Shown: positions 39,290 through 48,845 of the stretch, piece by piece
Numbering within the stretch: position 1 is the stretch's first letter
Layout: each line of letters opens with the position of its first letter
Assembly (NCBI GenBank): GCA_030148425.1
Contig: JASBTM010000005.1
Location: forward strand, 279,671-343,670
Direction: 5' to 3'
Origin: Hyphomicrobium sp.
Lineage (GTDB): Bacteria > Pseudomonadota > Alphaproteobacteria > Rhizobiales > Hyphomicrobiaceae
Length of the DNA: 64,000 nt
The notes under the pieces: model-generated
Told to the model about the DNA's origin: nothing
Database searches by the model: none
The model's input: only the letters and a program-made list of their open reading frames with translations
Program-made: the position numbers and the translations under genes

Positions 39290-41209
39290 ATGCCGAGCGC
39301 ACCCGTTTCGATCGAGCCCATCAACATTCTGCTGGTCGACGACCAGCCAGGCAAACTGCTGACATACGAAGCTATTCTCGATGGCCTCGATGCCACGCTC
39401 ATCAAGGCGACGACAGCCGAGGAGGCGCTTACCGCCCTGCTGAAGACGGATATTGCGGTCATCCTGATGGATGTCTGCATGCCCGATCTCGACGGCTTCG
39501 AGCTCGCGGCCATGATCCGCAATCATCCCCGGCACGAGAAGACGGCCGTGATTTTCATCTCTGCGGTCCGGCTCGAGACCGAAGATCTCTTGAAAGGTTA
39601 CCGGACCGGCGCCGTGGATTACGTATCGGTTCCCGTCGTCCCGGAAATTCTCAAGGCGAAGGTGCAGATCTTCGTCGAGCTTTATCGAAAGAGCCGTGAA
39701 CTCGATGCGTTAAACGCTGAACTCGAGGAACGCGTCCGGCAGCGCACGGAGCAGCTCGAAGAGTCGCACGCAGCGCTGCAGCAGAGCGAAGAGAGCCTGC
39801 GTCTTGCGAGTGAAGCCGCGAAGCTTGCGACATTCGAATACGATTCGGAAACGCAAACGCTGCAGTGGTCAGCGAACATCTCCGATGTCTTCCATCGCAA
39901 TGTTCCTCAGCGGATGTCGTTCGAGGACTTCATGGAGATCGTCCACGATGACGACCGCGAGATGGTCCTTAATTACGTCCGGACCGCGAACTACGGCGAG
40001 ACAACTGCGGAACTAGAATATCGCGTTACGAGCGCGCGAGGCGTCTCGTGGATTCTCGCGCGCGGACGCGCTCTCCAGACTAGCAATACCGCGACGCATC
40101 GCGTACTCGGCACGATCCTTGACATCACCGAGCGCAAATCGGCCGAAAGCCATCAGCAGTTGCTGATGGCCGAGCTGGATCATCGCGTAAAAAACATCCT
40201 CGCCAATGTTGCCGCTATCGCGCGGCTTTCAAGCTCGAATGCGGTCTCCGTGGCATCGTTTGCATCGGCGCTCGACGGGCGCATCCACGCGATGTCGTCG
40301 GCACACGACTTGCTGAGACAAAGCAGCTGGACTGGTGTCGATCTTCATGAACTCGTGCAAGGCGCACTCGCGCCGTTTCGCTCGCGAGGCGATAACGACA
40401 TCATCGTAGAGGGCGACCGCATCCGCCTGACGTCGAAGTTCGGCCAGTCTATGGCGCTTGTCCTGCATGAGCTTGTGACTAACGCGGTTAAGCACGGCGC
40501 ATTGTCGACGCCCGGCGGAACTGTCCATGTCGAATGGTCGCGTGTCACCACGGCGGAGGGCGAAAAAATCGCGTTTTCCTGGAAGGAGCGCGGAGGTCCT
40601 CACTGCTTCCTTCCAGAGCGAAAAGGTTTTGGATTAGCGGTCATACGCAGCGCGGCGTCCGAATGCGGCGGCGTGGCTCACATGAACTTCGCGCCGGAAG
40701 GATTCCAGTTCGATTTCCAGGGTGAGCTTTCATCCAGGACACAGCTGGTCGGCACGCGTCATATCGCGATCGTACCCCGCGCGCCTATTCCGGCGGCGAA
40801 CGCTCCGGCTTCCGGAAACTGCCGCATTCTCCTCGTTGAGGACGAGGCGTTGATCGCGATGCAGCTGAAGCTCGACCTCGAAGCGGAAGGCCATACTGTC
40901 GTCGGTCCCTTCGGCCAGCTTTCGGAAGGATTGCGCGCCGCCGGGGAGGCAAATTTTGATATCGCGCTCCTCGATATCAATCTCGGTGCCGACAACAGCG
41001 CACCAATCGCCGAAATTCTCGACCGGCGGATGATCCCCTTCGCGTTCACCACAGGTTACAACGATCTCGTTTTCCTGCCGCCGCGACTGCGGGAACATCC
41101 TCACTTGAAGAAGCCGTACAATCCGGGAGACGTCAAAGATCTCGTGAAGATGTTAGGCTATCGCGCGAAAGACCATCGCGCCGCGAATGCGTCCAATCAG
41201 GTTGCGTAA
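39290..41209 (+). CDS. REC-PAS-HWE histidine kinase-REC hybrid
   Basis: N-terminal REC, PAS/PAC, ELDHRVKN, LHELVTNAVKHGALS, WKERGGP, GFG; C-terminal REC. Confidence 0.93.
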   Translation: MPSAPVSIEPINILLVDDQPGKLLTYEAILDGLDATLIKATTAEEALTALLKTDIAVILMDVCMPDLDGFELAAMIRNHPRHEKTAVIFISAVRLETEDLLKGYRTGAVDYVSVPVVPEILKAKVQIFVELYRKSRELDALNAELEERVRQRTEQLEESHAALQQSEESLRLASEAAKLATFEYDSETQTLQWSANISDVFHRNVPQRMSFEDFMEIVHDDDREMVLNYVRTANYGETTAELEYRVTSARGVSWILARGRALQTSNTATHRVLGTILDITERKSAESHQQLLMAELDHRVKNILANVAAIARLSSSNAVSVASFASALDGRIHAMSSAHDLLRQSSWTGVDLHELVQGALAPFRSRGDNDIIVEGDRIRLTSKFGQSMALVLHELVTNAVKHGALSTPGGTVHVEWSRVTTAEGEKIAFSWKERGGPHCFLPERKGFGLAVIRSAASECGGVAHMNFAPEGFQFDFQGELSSRTQLVGTRHIAIVPRAPIPAANAPASGNCRILLVEDEALIAMQLKLDLEAEGHTVVGPFGQLSEGLRAAGEANFDIALLDINLGADNSAPIAEILDRRMIPFAFTTGYNDLVFLPPRLREHPHLKKPYNPGDVKDLVKMLGYRAKDHRAANASNQVA

Positions 41210-41356
41210 GCGAACACCTTCAGGACGCGAGCATCTTCGAACTCGCAATTTGCGTGCAAAGCGGAGGAGCCCGTGCGGCCTCTTGTGCAGCGCACGAAAC
41301 AATTGTCACCCTTCGCGAGTTGTCGACGTTTGCAAGCCCTATTCCCGGGGGAATTG

Positions 41357-43252
41357 ATGACTGCCGCTTCTTACCGTTCTTCGCTCGACGTCGCCGCAAT
41401 CGGCAATGGGCGCGTCGCCGCGCTCATAGACAAGGGCGGACGCATCGTCTGGTGGTGCTTTCCGCGACTCGACGGAGATCCGATCTTCTGCCGGCTTCTC
41501 GCGGGCGACGAGGAAAAAGGGTTTTGCGACGTCGTGCTCGATGGACAGGTGTCGGCGACCTCGGCCTACATTCGCAATACCTGTATTCTCGAAACGATTT
41601 TAGTTTCCGAGAGCGGCGCGGCGGTGAAGATCACAGATTTCGCGCCGCGGTTCTGGCGCTTTGACCGCTCGTTTCATCCGACGCAGCTCATGCGCCGCAT
41701 CGAGCCGCTGCGCGGCTTGCCTCGCGTGACGGTGCGCGTCCGGCCGACCCACAGCTACGGTCAGGTTGCGCCCAGCGCCTCGCACGGCTCGAACCACATT
41801 CGCTACATCTGCGGCACGACAGCGGTGCGCGTGACGACGGATATTCCCGTCTCGTATATCGTGCACGAAACGACGTTCGCGTTGACCCATCCGACGACGC
41901 TCGTGATCGGATCCGACGAACCGATCGACAGCTCGATGGATGCGCTGTCGCGCGAGTTTCTCGAACGCACGCGCGATTTCTGGGTTGCTTGGGTTCGCGG
42001 CCTCGCTGTCAGCTACGAATGGCAGCCGGAAATCATTCGCGCCGCCATTCTGCTGAAGCTTTGCACCTTCGAGGAGACGGGCGCGATCACGGCGGCGCTC
42101 ACGACGTCCATTCCTGAGGCGCCGAACACGCCGCGCACCTGGGACTACCGTTTCTGCTGGCTGCGGGACGCCTACTTCGTCATTCGAGCCTTGAATAGGC
42201 TCGGCGCGACGCAGTCGATGGAGAATTACCTCGATTACATCACCACCATCGTCGGTGACGGCAAGAGCCCGCTGAAGCCGCTTTACGGCATCGTCCACAA
42301 CGACACCACCGCCGAGCGGATAGCGCCCGATCTCAAGGGTTTTCAGGGCATGGGGCCAGTGCGCCTCGGCAACCTCGCCTCGGACCAGCTGCAGCACGAT
42401 GCCTACGGCAGCGTCATTCTCGGCGCGACGCATATGTTCATCGATCAGCGGCTGCCGCGCATGGGCGATGTCAGCCTCTTCCGCGAGCTCGAAGCGCTCG
42501 GCGAGCAGGCGCGGCACCTCTATCTCGAGCCGGACGCGGGTATCTGGGAATATCGCGGGCGCCAGCGTATTCACACGCATTCGGCAACGATGTGCTGGGT
42601 TGCCTGTGATCGTCTTGCGCGTATCGCTCAACTGCTCGGCCTCGGCGATCGTGCGTCCTATTGGACGGCGTCGGCCGAGAAGATCCGAGGAGAAATTCTC
42701 TCGCGCGCATGGAGCGAGAAGCGCGGCGCCTTTACCGGCGCATTCGACCATCAGGAACTCGACGCAAGCGTGCTGCTGCTCGCCGATCTCGGATTTCTGC
42801 CCCCGAATGATCCGCGCTTCGTCAAAACTTGCACGACCATCGGTCGCGAGCTGATGCGTAACGGCCTGATGCTCCGCTATGCGGCCGAAGACGATTTCGG
42901 GCTGCCGGAATCGGCGTTCCTCGCCTGCCAGTTTTGGTACATCGATGCTCTCGCCTCGATCGGGCGGGCAGATGAAGCACGCGAGCTGTTCGTTGAGTTA
43001 TTGAAGCATCGCAATTCGTTCGGCATGCTGAGCGAAGACCTGCATCCGGCGACTGGCCAGCTTTGGGGAAATCTCCCCCAGACCTATTCCATGGCCGGAC
43101 TGATCAACTCGGCCATGACGCTGTCGCGGAAGTGGGAAGAGGCGTGGACGACTTCGGGAGCGGCGTACCACGATAGCAGAAGCAGCAACGGCCAAGCGCA
43201 CGGCGAGCACGATGCCCGCGTCGGCGTCGGCGGCCTCGACATTAACGGATAG
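41357..43252 (+). CDS. Glycoside hydrolase family 15 (trehalase-like)
   Basis: AALTTSIPE, WDYRFCWLRDA, QHDAYG, GIWEYR, LSED, WGNLPQTYS. Confidence 0.92.
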   Translation: MTAASYRSSLDVAAIGNGRVAALIDKGGRIVWWCFPRLDGDPIFCRLLAGDEEKGFCDVVLDGQVSATSAYIRNTCILETILVSESGAAVKITDFAPRFWRFDRSFHPTQLMRRIEPLRGLPRVTVRVRPTHSYGQVAPSASHGSNHIRYICGTTAVRVTTDIPVSYIVHETTFALTHPTTLVIGSDEPIDSSMDALSREFLERTRDFWVAWVRGLAVSYEWQPEIIRAAILLKLCTFEETGAITAALTTSIPEAPNTPRTWDYRFCWLRDAYFVIRALNRLGATQSMENYLDYITTIVGDGKSPLKPLYGIVHNDTTAERIAPDLKGFQGMGPVRLGNLASDQLQHDAYGSVILGATHMFIDQRLPRMGDVSLFRELEALGEQARHLYLEPDAGIWEYRGRQRIHTHSATMCWVACDRLARIAQLLGLGDRASYWTASAEKIRGEILSRAWSEKRGAFTGAFDHQELDASVLLLADLGFLPPNDPRFVKTCTTIGRELMRNGLMLRYAAEDDFGLPESAFLACQFWYIDALASIGRADEARELFVELLKHRNSFGMLSEDLHPATGQLWGNLPQTYSMAGLINSAMTLSRKWEEAWTTSGAAYHDSRSSNGQAHGEHDARVGVGGLDING

Positions 43253-44402
43253 AGGGCGCTCTGCCGCGCGTGCGGCGTGTCGTTGCCTGTTTCAAGACAG
43301 CGACCAGAAGACATTGCACTCCATCCTTGTCGAACTGGCGTTCGACCTGCGCCGTTGGAAACCCGCTGTCGATCAGGATTGTGCCGAGGCCGCGGCGCTC
43401 CGGCATCTCGACCGTGGGGCCGCCGCTCTCGCTCCAAAGGAGTTCGAAGCGGCTGTCGTCGTTTTCGAGCCGCGTCAATGTCCAGGTGACGCGCACCTTG
43501 CCGGTATCGTTCGACCACGCGCCATACTTGATGGCATTCGTGCCGAGTTCATGCAGCGTGAGGGCCAACGCGCTTGCGACATCGCCCGGGACGATCGTCT
43601 CGGCCCCACGCATATCGAAGCGCGCCCTTCCCGGCGGCACCAACGGCTTTAGAGTTTCGGAGATCAACTCCGTCAAGGAGGCGCCGATGAAACTGCGCGT
43701 GGCGATGAGATCCATCGCGTTGCCCATCGCCGATAAGCGCCCCGCGAGCACAGTTGCGAATTGATCGACATCCCGCGTGAAGCGCGCGGATTGGCTGATG
43801 AGCCCCGCAATAACAGCAAACGTATTTTTCAGGCGATGGCGAAGCTCGACGTTAAGCTGTTCGAGTTGCAGTTCACCTAATGCACTGTCTTGTAACAAGG
43901 CTTCGCTGCGCGCCCGCTCGTCGAGAAGTGTTTCCACCTTTCGGTTAAGAAGGTTGACCACCGCAACGATCAGTAGCGCAAAGATCGTGAAGCTCGATAG
44001 CGCCACGATCGCCTCACTCGTGACGGGGAACCAGCCGGGACCCGGAAAAAAGAAATACAGGCTGAACGCCAGCGATGCCACGATCACCAGGAGGCCGGGA
44101 CCGGTTCCTGCAATCAGAGACGTCAGCAGAACGGCAACGAAAAACGTCAGGAACGGCGTGTTCTCTTCAAGCCATTCCGACAGCCCAAGACGCGTCGCTG
44201 CGGCCGCAGCGAATATCACGAAACCCAATGGATAAGCGTATTGAGGCTTGCGCCTGAGCCGCGGGAAAACCCGCTCAATCAGGTTGTCAACCAGCCGAAC
44301 CAGTCGCGGCACGAACGGATCGCGCCTCCCTTTAAAATTCCAAACGAAAGGCGCAGCAAGCTGTCGCCGCGCCCCCGACTTCGCGCAGCATTCCGTTAGC
44401 AT
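43242..44402 (-). CDS. Membrane HWE histidine kinase with a DUF4118-like sensor
   Basis: About 4 TM segments, ELRHRLKN, LHELGTNAIKYGAWS, WSESGGP; the true start may be the GTG at 44312. Confidence 0.9.
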   Translation of the reverse strand: MLTECCAKSGARRQLAAPFVWNFKGRRDPFVPRLVRLVDNLIERVFPRLRRKPQYAYPLGFVIFAAAAATRLGLSEWLEENTPFLTFFVAVLLTSLIAGTGPGLLVIVASLAFSLYFFFPGPGWFPVTSEAIVALSSFTIFALLIVAVVNLLNRKVETLLDERARSEALLQDSALGELQLEQLNVELRHRLKNTFAVIAGLISQSARFTRDVDQFATVLAGRLSAMGNAMDLIATRSFIGASLTELISETLKPLVPPGRARFDMRGAETIVPGDVASALALTLHELGTNAIKYGAWSNDTGKVRVTWTLTRLENDDSRFELLWSESGGPTVEMPERRGLGTILIDSGFPTAQVERQFDKDGVQCLLVAVLKQATTRRTRGRAPSIR

Positions 44403-44517
44403 GTCCTAGCGATTCAGGCGAGGCCGCAGCAGCACCAAGGGGTGCGGCCCTGGCGCCGGGAGCAGGTCCGGGAAACCTGGAATATCCGGGGCCGATCATA
44501 ACGTTGTGAGATAGATG

Positions 44518-44542
44518 GGAACCCCTTGCAATCTCGGGGGTT
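44518..44542 (+). promoter_or_regulatory. Putative sigma-EcfG promoter of the otsA operon
   Basis: GGAAC-N16-GGTT about 70 bp upstream of the otsA TTG. Confidence 0.65.
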
Positions 44543-44610
44543 TATTCTCCGGAATGCCACGCGGGGACTGGCGTTTACCAACAGCTTCGCGGCAGGCAGA
44601 AGGAGGTCTC

Positions 44611-46083
44611 TTGGCCAGACTCGTCATGGTCTCAAATCGTGTCATCGACTTCAACGCTGCCCAACAGGCAGGTGGCGTGGGTGTCGCGATTTACAATACT
44701 TTAGCCCAGCAGAGCGGTTTCTGGTTCGGGTGGGACGGACAAATCGATGACGATCCGTCATCGGAACCAAAATCAACGACGGTCGGCGGGCACACGACCG
44801 TAACACTGCCGTTAACCGCGGCCGACTATAACGACTACTATCTGGGCTACTCGAACTCCGTTCTTTGGCCGGTCTTTCATAACCGGCTCGACCTCGCTCA
44901 ATTCGAGGCTGGCTATTATAGTCGCTACGTCGAGGTCAACGAAAAATTCGCGCGCAATCTGGCTCCGCTGATCGAGCCCGACGACGTGATCTGGGTGCAC
45001 GACTATCATCTGCTGCCGATGGCTCTTGAGCTGCGCAAGCTCGGCATCGAAAATCCTATCGGATATTTTCTGCACATACCCGTCGGACCTGCTCAGGCGC
45101 TTCTTGCGATTCCCGAAAACAAGGAAATCGCTCGTGCGCTCGGGGCGTTTGATCTGATCGGCGTGCAGACGCAATCGGATGTCCGCAACCTCATCGATTT
45201 CCTGCAGCAGAGCGTGGCGGGACGGCTTTTGCCGTCGGGTCGTATCCGTGTGTTCGAAGCGGAACTGGAGATCGGTTGTTTCCCCGTGGGGATCGACCCC
45301 AACGACTTTGCGTTCGGTCCTGGTGAAGCGGAAGCTCTGGCCGCCACCGAAACGGGCGATATCCATCGTATCATCGGCATCGATCGTCTCGATTACACCA
45401 AGGGCTTGCCGCAGAAGTTCAAGTCCTACGGCAAGTTCCTCGAAGCCTATCCCGAATATCGCCGACGTATCGTACTCTCTCAATTTGCGCCCCCGACGCG
45501 TGAAAGCGTGGAAGCTTATGCCGACATCAAGGCGGAGCTCGAATCTCTCGCGGGGTCAATCAACGGGCTTTATGGCGAACTCGACTGGGTGCCGATCAAT
45601 TACATTCACCGGACCATTCCGCGCAGCGAGCTTCGCGATATCTACCGCACATCGCGTATCGGCTGGGTGACCCCACTGATGGACGGAATGAATCTCGTCG
45701 CGAAGGAATATATCTCCTGCCAGGATCCGGCCGATCCGGGGGTTCTGATCTTGTCGAAATTTGCAGGCGCCGCCGATCAATTGCAGGACGCAGTGCAGGT
45801 TAACCCCTACGACCTTGGCGATCTCGTCCAAGGGCTTCGAACGGCGCTTGAAATGCCGCTCGACGAACGGCAAGCCCGACAGAAGAAGCTAATGGGCGTC
45901 GTTCGCAAGAGTGACTCCAACGCCTGGGGCCGCGGCTATTTTGAAGCTCTTTCCAAGGCTGGGCAGCGCCGCGCAAGCCGTTTAGCGAAATCACCGGAAA
46001 TGCGTAAGGCACTCGAACGTCTACAAGGCGAAGCCAAAAAAAACGGCCGTGATGGCCGGATAGCGCTGAATGTGGGAACATGA
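44611..46083 (+). CDS. otsA: Trehalose-6-phosphate synthase
   Basis: RLVMVSNRV, WVHDYHL, FLHIP, DRLDYTKG, DGMNLVAKEY; AGGAGG RBS before the TTG. Confidence 0.96.
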   Translation: MARLVMVSNRVIDFNAAQQAGGVGVAIYNTLAQQSGFWFGWDGQIDDDPSSEPKSTTVGGHTTVTLPLTAADYNDYYLGYSNSVLWPVFHNRLDLAQFEAGYYSRYVEVNEKFARNLAPLIEPDDVIWVHDYHLLPMALELRKLGIENPIGYFLHIPVGPAQALLAIPENKEIARALGAFDLIGVQTQSDVRNLIDFLQQSVAGRLLPSGRIRVFEAELEIGCFPVGIDPNDFAFGPGEAEALAATETGDIHRIIGIDRLDYTKGLPQKFKSYGKFLEAYPEYRRRIVLSQFAPPTRESVEAYADIKAELESLAGSINGLYGELDWVPINYIHRTIPRSELRDIYRTSRIGWVTPLMDGMNLVAKEYISCQDPADPGVLILSKFAGAADQLQDAVQVNPYDLGDLVQGLRTALEMPLDERQARQKKLMGVVRKSDSNAWGRGYFEALSKAGQRRASRLAKSPEMRKALERLQGEAKKNGRDGRIALNVGT

Positions 46084-46889
46084 TGCCCGCCAACGTAAAC
46101 AAAATAAGCATCTCGGCATCGGAAGATATGATCGCGAACCCCAATATTCTCTGCGTCGATATCGGCGGTACGCTGATCAAAGCTGCAACGGTGAACGAGG
46201 CGGGCACCCTCGTCTCCGACTTCATTACGACCCAGACGCCAAAACCGTCGACGCCGGGGGTTATTGTCGACCTCGTGGTGGACGTCGTCAAAACGCTTCC
46301 AGCATTCGGCCGCGTTTCCGTAGGATTTCCGGGAGTAATTGGGCGTCACCACGTCATGACTGCGCCGAACCTCGGTACGCAGCAGTGGATGGAGTTCGAT
46401 CTCGAACAGAATTTGAGTCAGAGGCTGAATGCCCCTGTTCGTGTTCTCAATGATGCGATCGTCTATGGCCTCGGCGTGGCCAAGGGACCGGGGCGCGAAT
46501 GCGTCCTGACGCTCGGCACCGGCATGGGGTGTGCGCTCTTCGTCAACGGATCGGCTTTCTTTGGTCTAGAACTCGGCCAGCATCGCGCAATCGACGATTG
46601 CAACTATGACCAATACATCGGCCATTCGGCATATGTAGAGCTTGGCGTCGATGCTTGGAACGAGCGTGCGAAATACGTTTTGAAGTCCGTATACGCCTTG
46701 ACGAATGTCGACCACATTTACGTTGGCGGCGGTAATTCGCGACGCATGACCTTCAACCTTCCACCGTGGGCAAGCGTGGTGCCGCCCTCGACAGGCATCT
46801 CTGGCGGCGCGCGGCTATGGCGCGCGGATATGGACCAATGGTTCCGTCAGAGCGGCGATGTCGGCGGAGTGCGAACGGAGATACGATGA
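46080..46889 (+). CDS. ROK family kinase, polyphosphate glucokinase-like
   Basis: VDIGGTLIK, SVGFPG, VLNDA, LTLGTGMG, LELGQH, GGGN; lacks the Cys-rich Zn motif. Confidence 0.85.
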   Translation: MMPANVNKISISASEDMIANPNILCVDIGGTLIKAATVNEAGTLVSDFITTQTPKPSTPGVIVDLVVDVVKTLPAFGRVSVGFPGVIGRHHVMTAPNLGTQQWMEFDLEQNLSQRLNAPVRVLNDAIVYGLGVAKGPGRECVLTLGTGMGCALFVNGSAFFGLELGQHRAIDDCNYDQYIGHSAYVELGVDAWNERAKYVLKSVYALTNVDHIYVGGGNSRRMTFNLPPWASVVPPSTGISGGARLWRADMDQWFRQSGDVGGVRTEIR

Positions 46890-47980
46890 ACGTTCTCACC
46901 ATTGGCGGCGCAATGGTTGATACGATCGTCACGATCGCAAGCGACAAGATCGAACAGATCAAGATGCGCAACGCCGAGAGTTCGTTTCTGCTCCTCGAAG
47001 AAGGTCAAAAAACGGAAGCGGAGCATATCGCATCAAGCGGCGGCGGGGGGGCGTTGAACGCAGCAGTCGCGATGGCAAGACTGGGGCACACGACAGCCAT
47101 CATTGCGAAGATCGGCAGAGACGACAAAGCTCAGTCCATCCGTTCGCTACTTGGCGCAGAAAGCGTCGACGTTTCCTGGCTCGCTGCCGACGATAACGAA
47201 CCGACGGGGGCATCGGTCATTATTTCATCTCATGAGCGCAACGCGGCCGTCTTTACCTATCGCGGCGCAAATACGCGACTTCAGGCCAGCGATCTTCCGC
47301 CCGAAGCGTTTGCCGGACGGCGGCTCGTCTATCTGGCCAATTTCAGCAATGAATCCGCGAACTGTTATCCGCTCGCAGTCGAACGGGCGAAGGCTGCGGG
47401 CGCACTGCTTGCCGTCAATCCCGGCATTCGCCAGCTCACCGCGCGCTTCGATGATTTTTGGCAAAGCCTACCACAGGTGGATGTCCTCTGCCTGAACCGC
47501 GTCGAGGCGCAGGCCCTGATGCCACACCTTCTGCAGTCGTTCGGCGACGGCGGCGCACCGCTGCTCGATACGAGCGACGATGTCGTTCCTCCGCTCGCGA
47601 AGCGCGGCCTGAGGAATGGTGGCTACGAGATGACGCTCGTGAAGTTTCTGACGTCGCTGCTCACGCTTGGAGTTGGCGTCGTGGTCCTGACGGACGGTGC
47701 GAACGGGGCATTCATCGCACGCGGATCGCGGCTTCATTACCGCGCTGCGCAACACGTCGTCGCAGCCGCAACAACCGGGGCCGGTGACGCGTTTTCAGCT
47801 ACGTTCGCAAGTTACTTCGCAGATACGAACGACGCTGCGCTTTCGCTGACCGCGGCTTCGATCAACGCCGCGAGCGTCGTGCAATTTATCGATACGCAGA
47901 CGGGCCTCTTGTCCCGTCCGGCGTTGGAACGCGAGATCGGCCTGACAAGCGAGGCGTCGCTTTTCAGTTTATCGATCTAA
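46886..47980 (+). CDS. PfkB family carbohydrate kinase
   Basis: GGGALNAAVAMARLG, TDGANG, TTGAGDAF. Confidence 0.9.
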   Translation: MNVLTIGGAMVDTIVTIASDKIEQIKMRNAESSFLLLEEGQKTEAEHIASSGGGGALNAAVAMARLGHTTAIIAKIGRDDKAQSIRSLLGAESVDVSWLAADDNEPTGASVIISSHERNAAVFTYRGANTRLQASDLPPEAFAGRRLVYLANFSNESANCYPLAVERAKAAGALLAVNPGIRQLTARFDDFWQSLPQVDVLCLNRVEAQALMPHLLQSFGDGGAPLLDTSDDVVPPLAKRGLRNGGYEMTLVKFLTSLLTLGVGVVVLTDGANGAFIARGSRLHYRAAQHVVAAATTGAGDAFSATFASYFADTNDAALSLTAASINAASVVQFIDTQTGLLSRPALEREIGLTSEASLFSLSI

Positions 47981-47997
47981 GCAAAGGATTCATTTGA

Positions 47998-48819
47998 ATG
48001 CAGCATGCGCGGGACAGCAGTTCGTGGAGCGAAAGCGATCTCTCTTTGCGGGATCACGTGGGCACTCTGCGCGCGAACGTCGAGCGGCTTGTGGCGGCAG
48101 ACGAGCCCGTCGCGCTTTATCTCGATGTCGATGGCACGCTTCTCGACGTCGCGTTGACGCCGTCGACGGTTCACATTCCGCCGGGACTTCCAGAGCTCCT
48201 CGACGCGCTTTCCCAACGATTGTCCGGCGCGGTCGCCATCGTGACCGGGCGACCATTGGAAGAAGCCGATCATCTATTGAGCCCTGCGCGGCTGGTTGCT
48301 GCGGGCGTTCACGGCGCACAAATGCGCCTCTCGGTCTCCGGAGGAATCGAGAGCCTGGCGCCGAGCTTCGATCCCTTCCTGCATGCCGATATCAAGAAAA
48401 TCGTGCAAGACCTGCCGGGCATCGTGTTCGAGGACAAGGGCAACGGCGTCGCCCTTCATTACCGGCTGGCGCCGGAGCAGCAGCCTGCCCTCTTGCTAAT
48501 GCTTGAGAACCTTCTCCCGAAATATCCGAACCAGTTCGCGATCTGCGGCGGGAGGAAAGTCATAGAAATTCTTCCGCTGGGATTTTCGAAAGGCCGCGCG
48601 CTGCGGAAGCTCGCGACGTTACCGGCGTTCGCGAACCGAGTGCCGGTGATGATCGGCGACGATATCGCCGATGTCGACGCGTTTCAGGCGGCGGAGGATC
48701 TTGGCGGTTTCGGTCTTAAAGTTGCGGGCGAGCACTTTTCCAAAGAGGAAGCGACGTTCCAGGGGCCGGCAGACGTCCTCAGTTGGCTACAGGTGCTGTC
48801 GCATTCTCGACACCCATAG
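47998..48819 (+). CDS. otsB: Trehalose-6-phosphate phosphatase
   Basis: LDVDGTL, VTGR, GVHG, ALHYR, KGRAL, IGDDIAD. Confidence 0.93.
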   Translation: MQHARDSSSWSESDLSLRDHVGTLRANVERLVAADEPVALYLDVDGTLLDVALTPSTVHIPPGLPELLDALSQRLSGAVAIVTGRPLEEADHLLSPARLVAAGVHGAQMRLSVSGGIESLAPSFDPFLHADIKKIVQDLPGIVFEDKGNGVALHYRLAPEQQPALLLMLENLLPKYPNQFAICGGRKVIEILPLGFSKGRALRKLATLPAFANRVPVMIGDDIADVDAFQAAEDLGGFGLKVAGEHFSKEEATFQGPADVLSWLQVLSHSRHP

Positions 48820-48845
48820 CGATCGCGGGCGGCTCAGCGCCTGGC

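Noticed and set aside
43242-43252. 11-bp convergent overlap of GH15 and the HWE kinase as a frameshift sign
   Set aside because: Both proteins contain their complete C-terminal motifs, and short tail overlaps are common.
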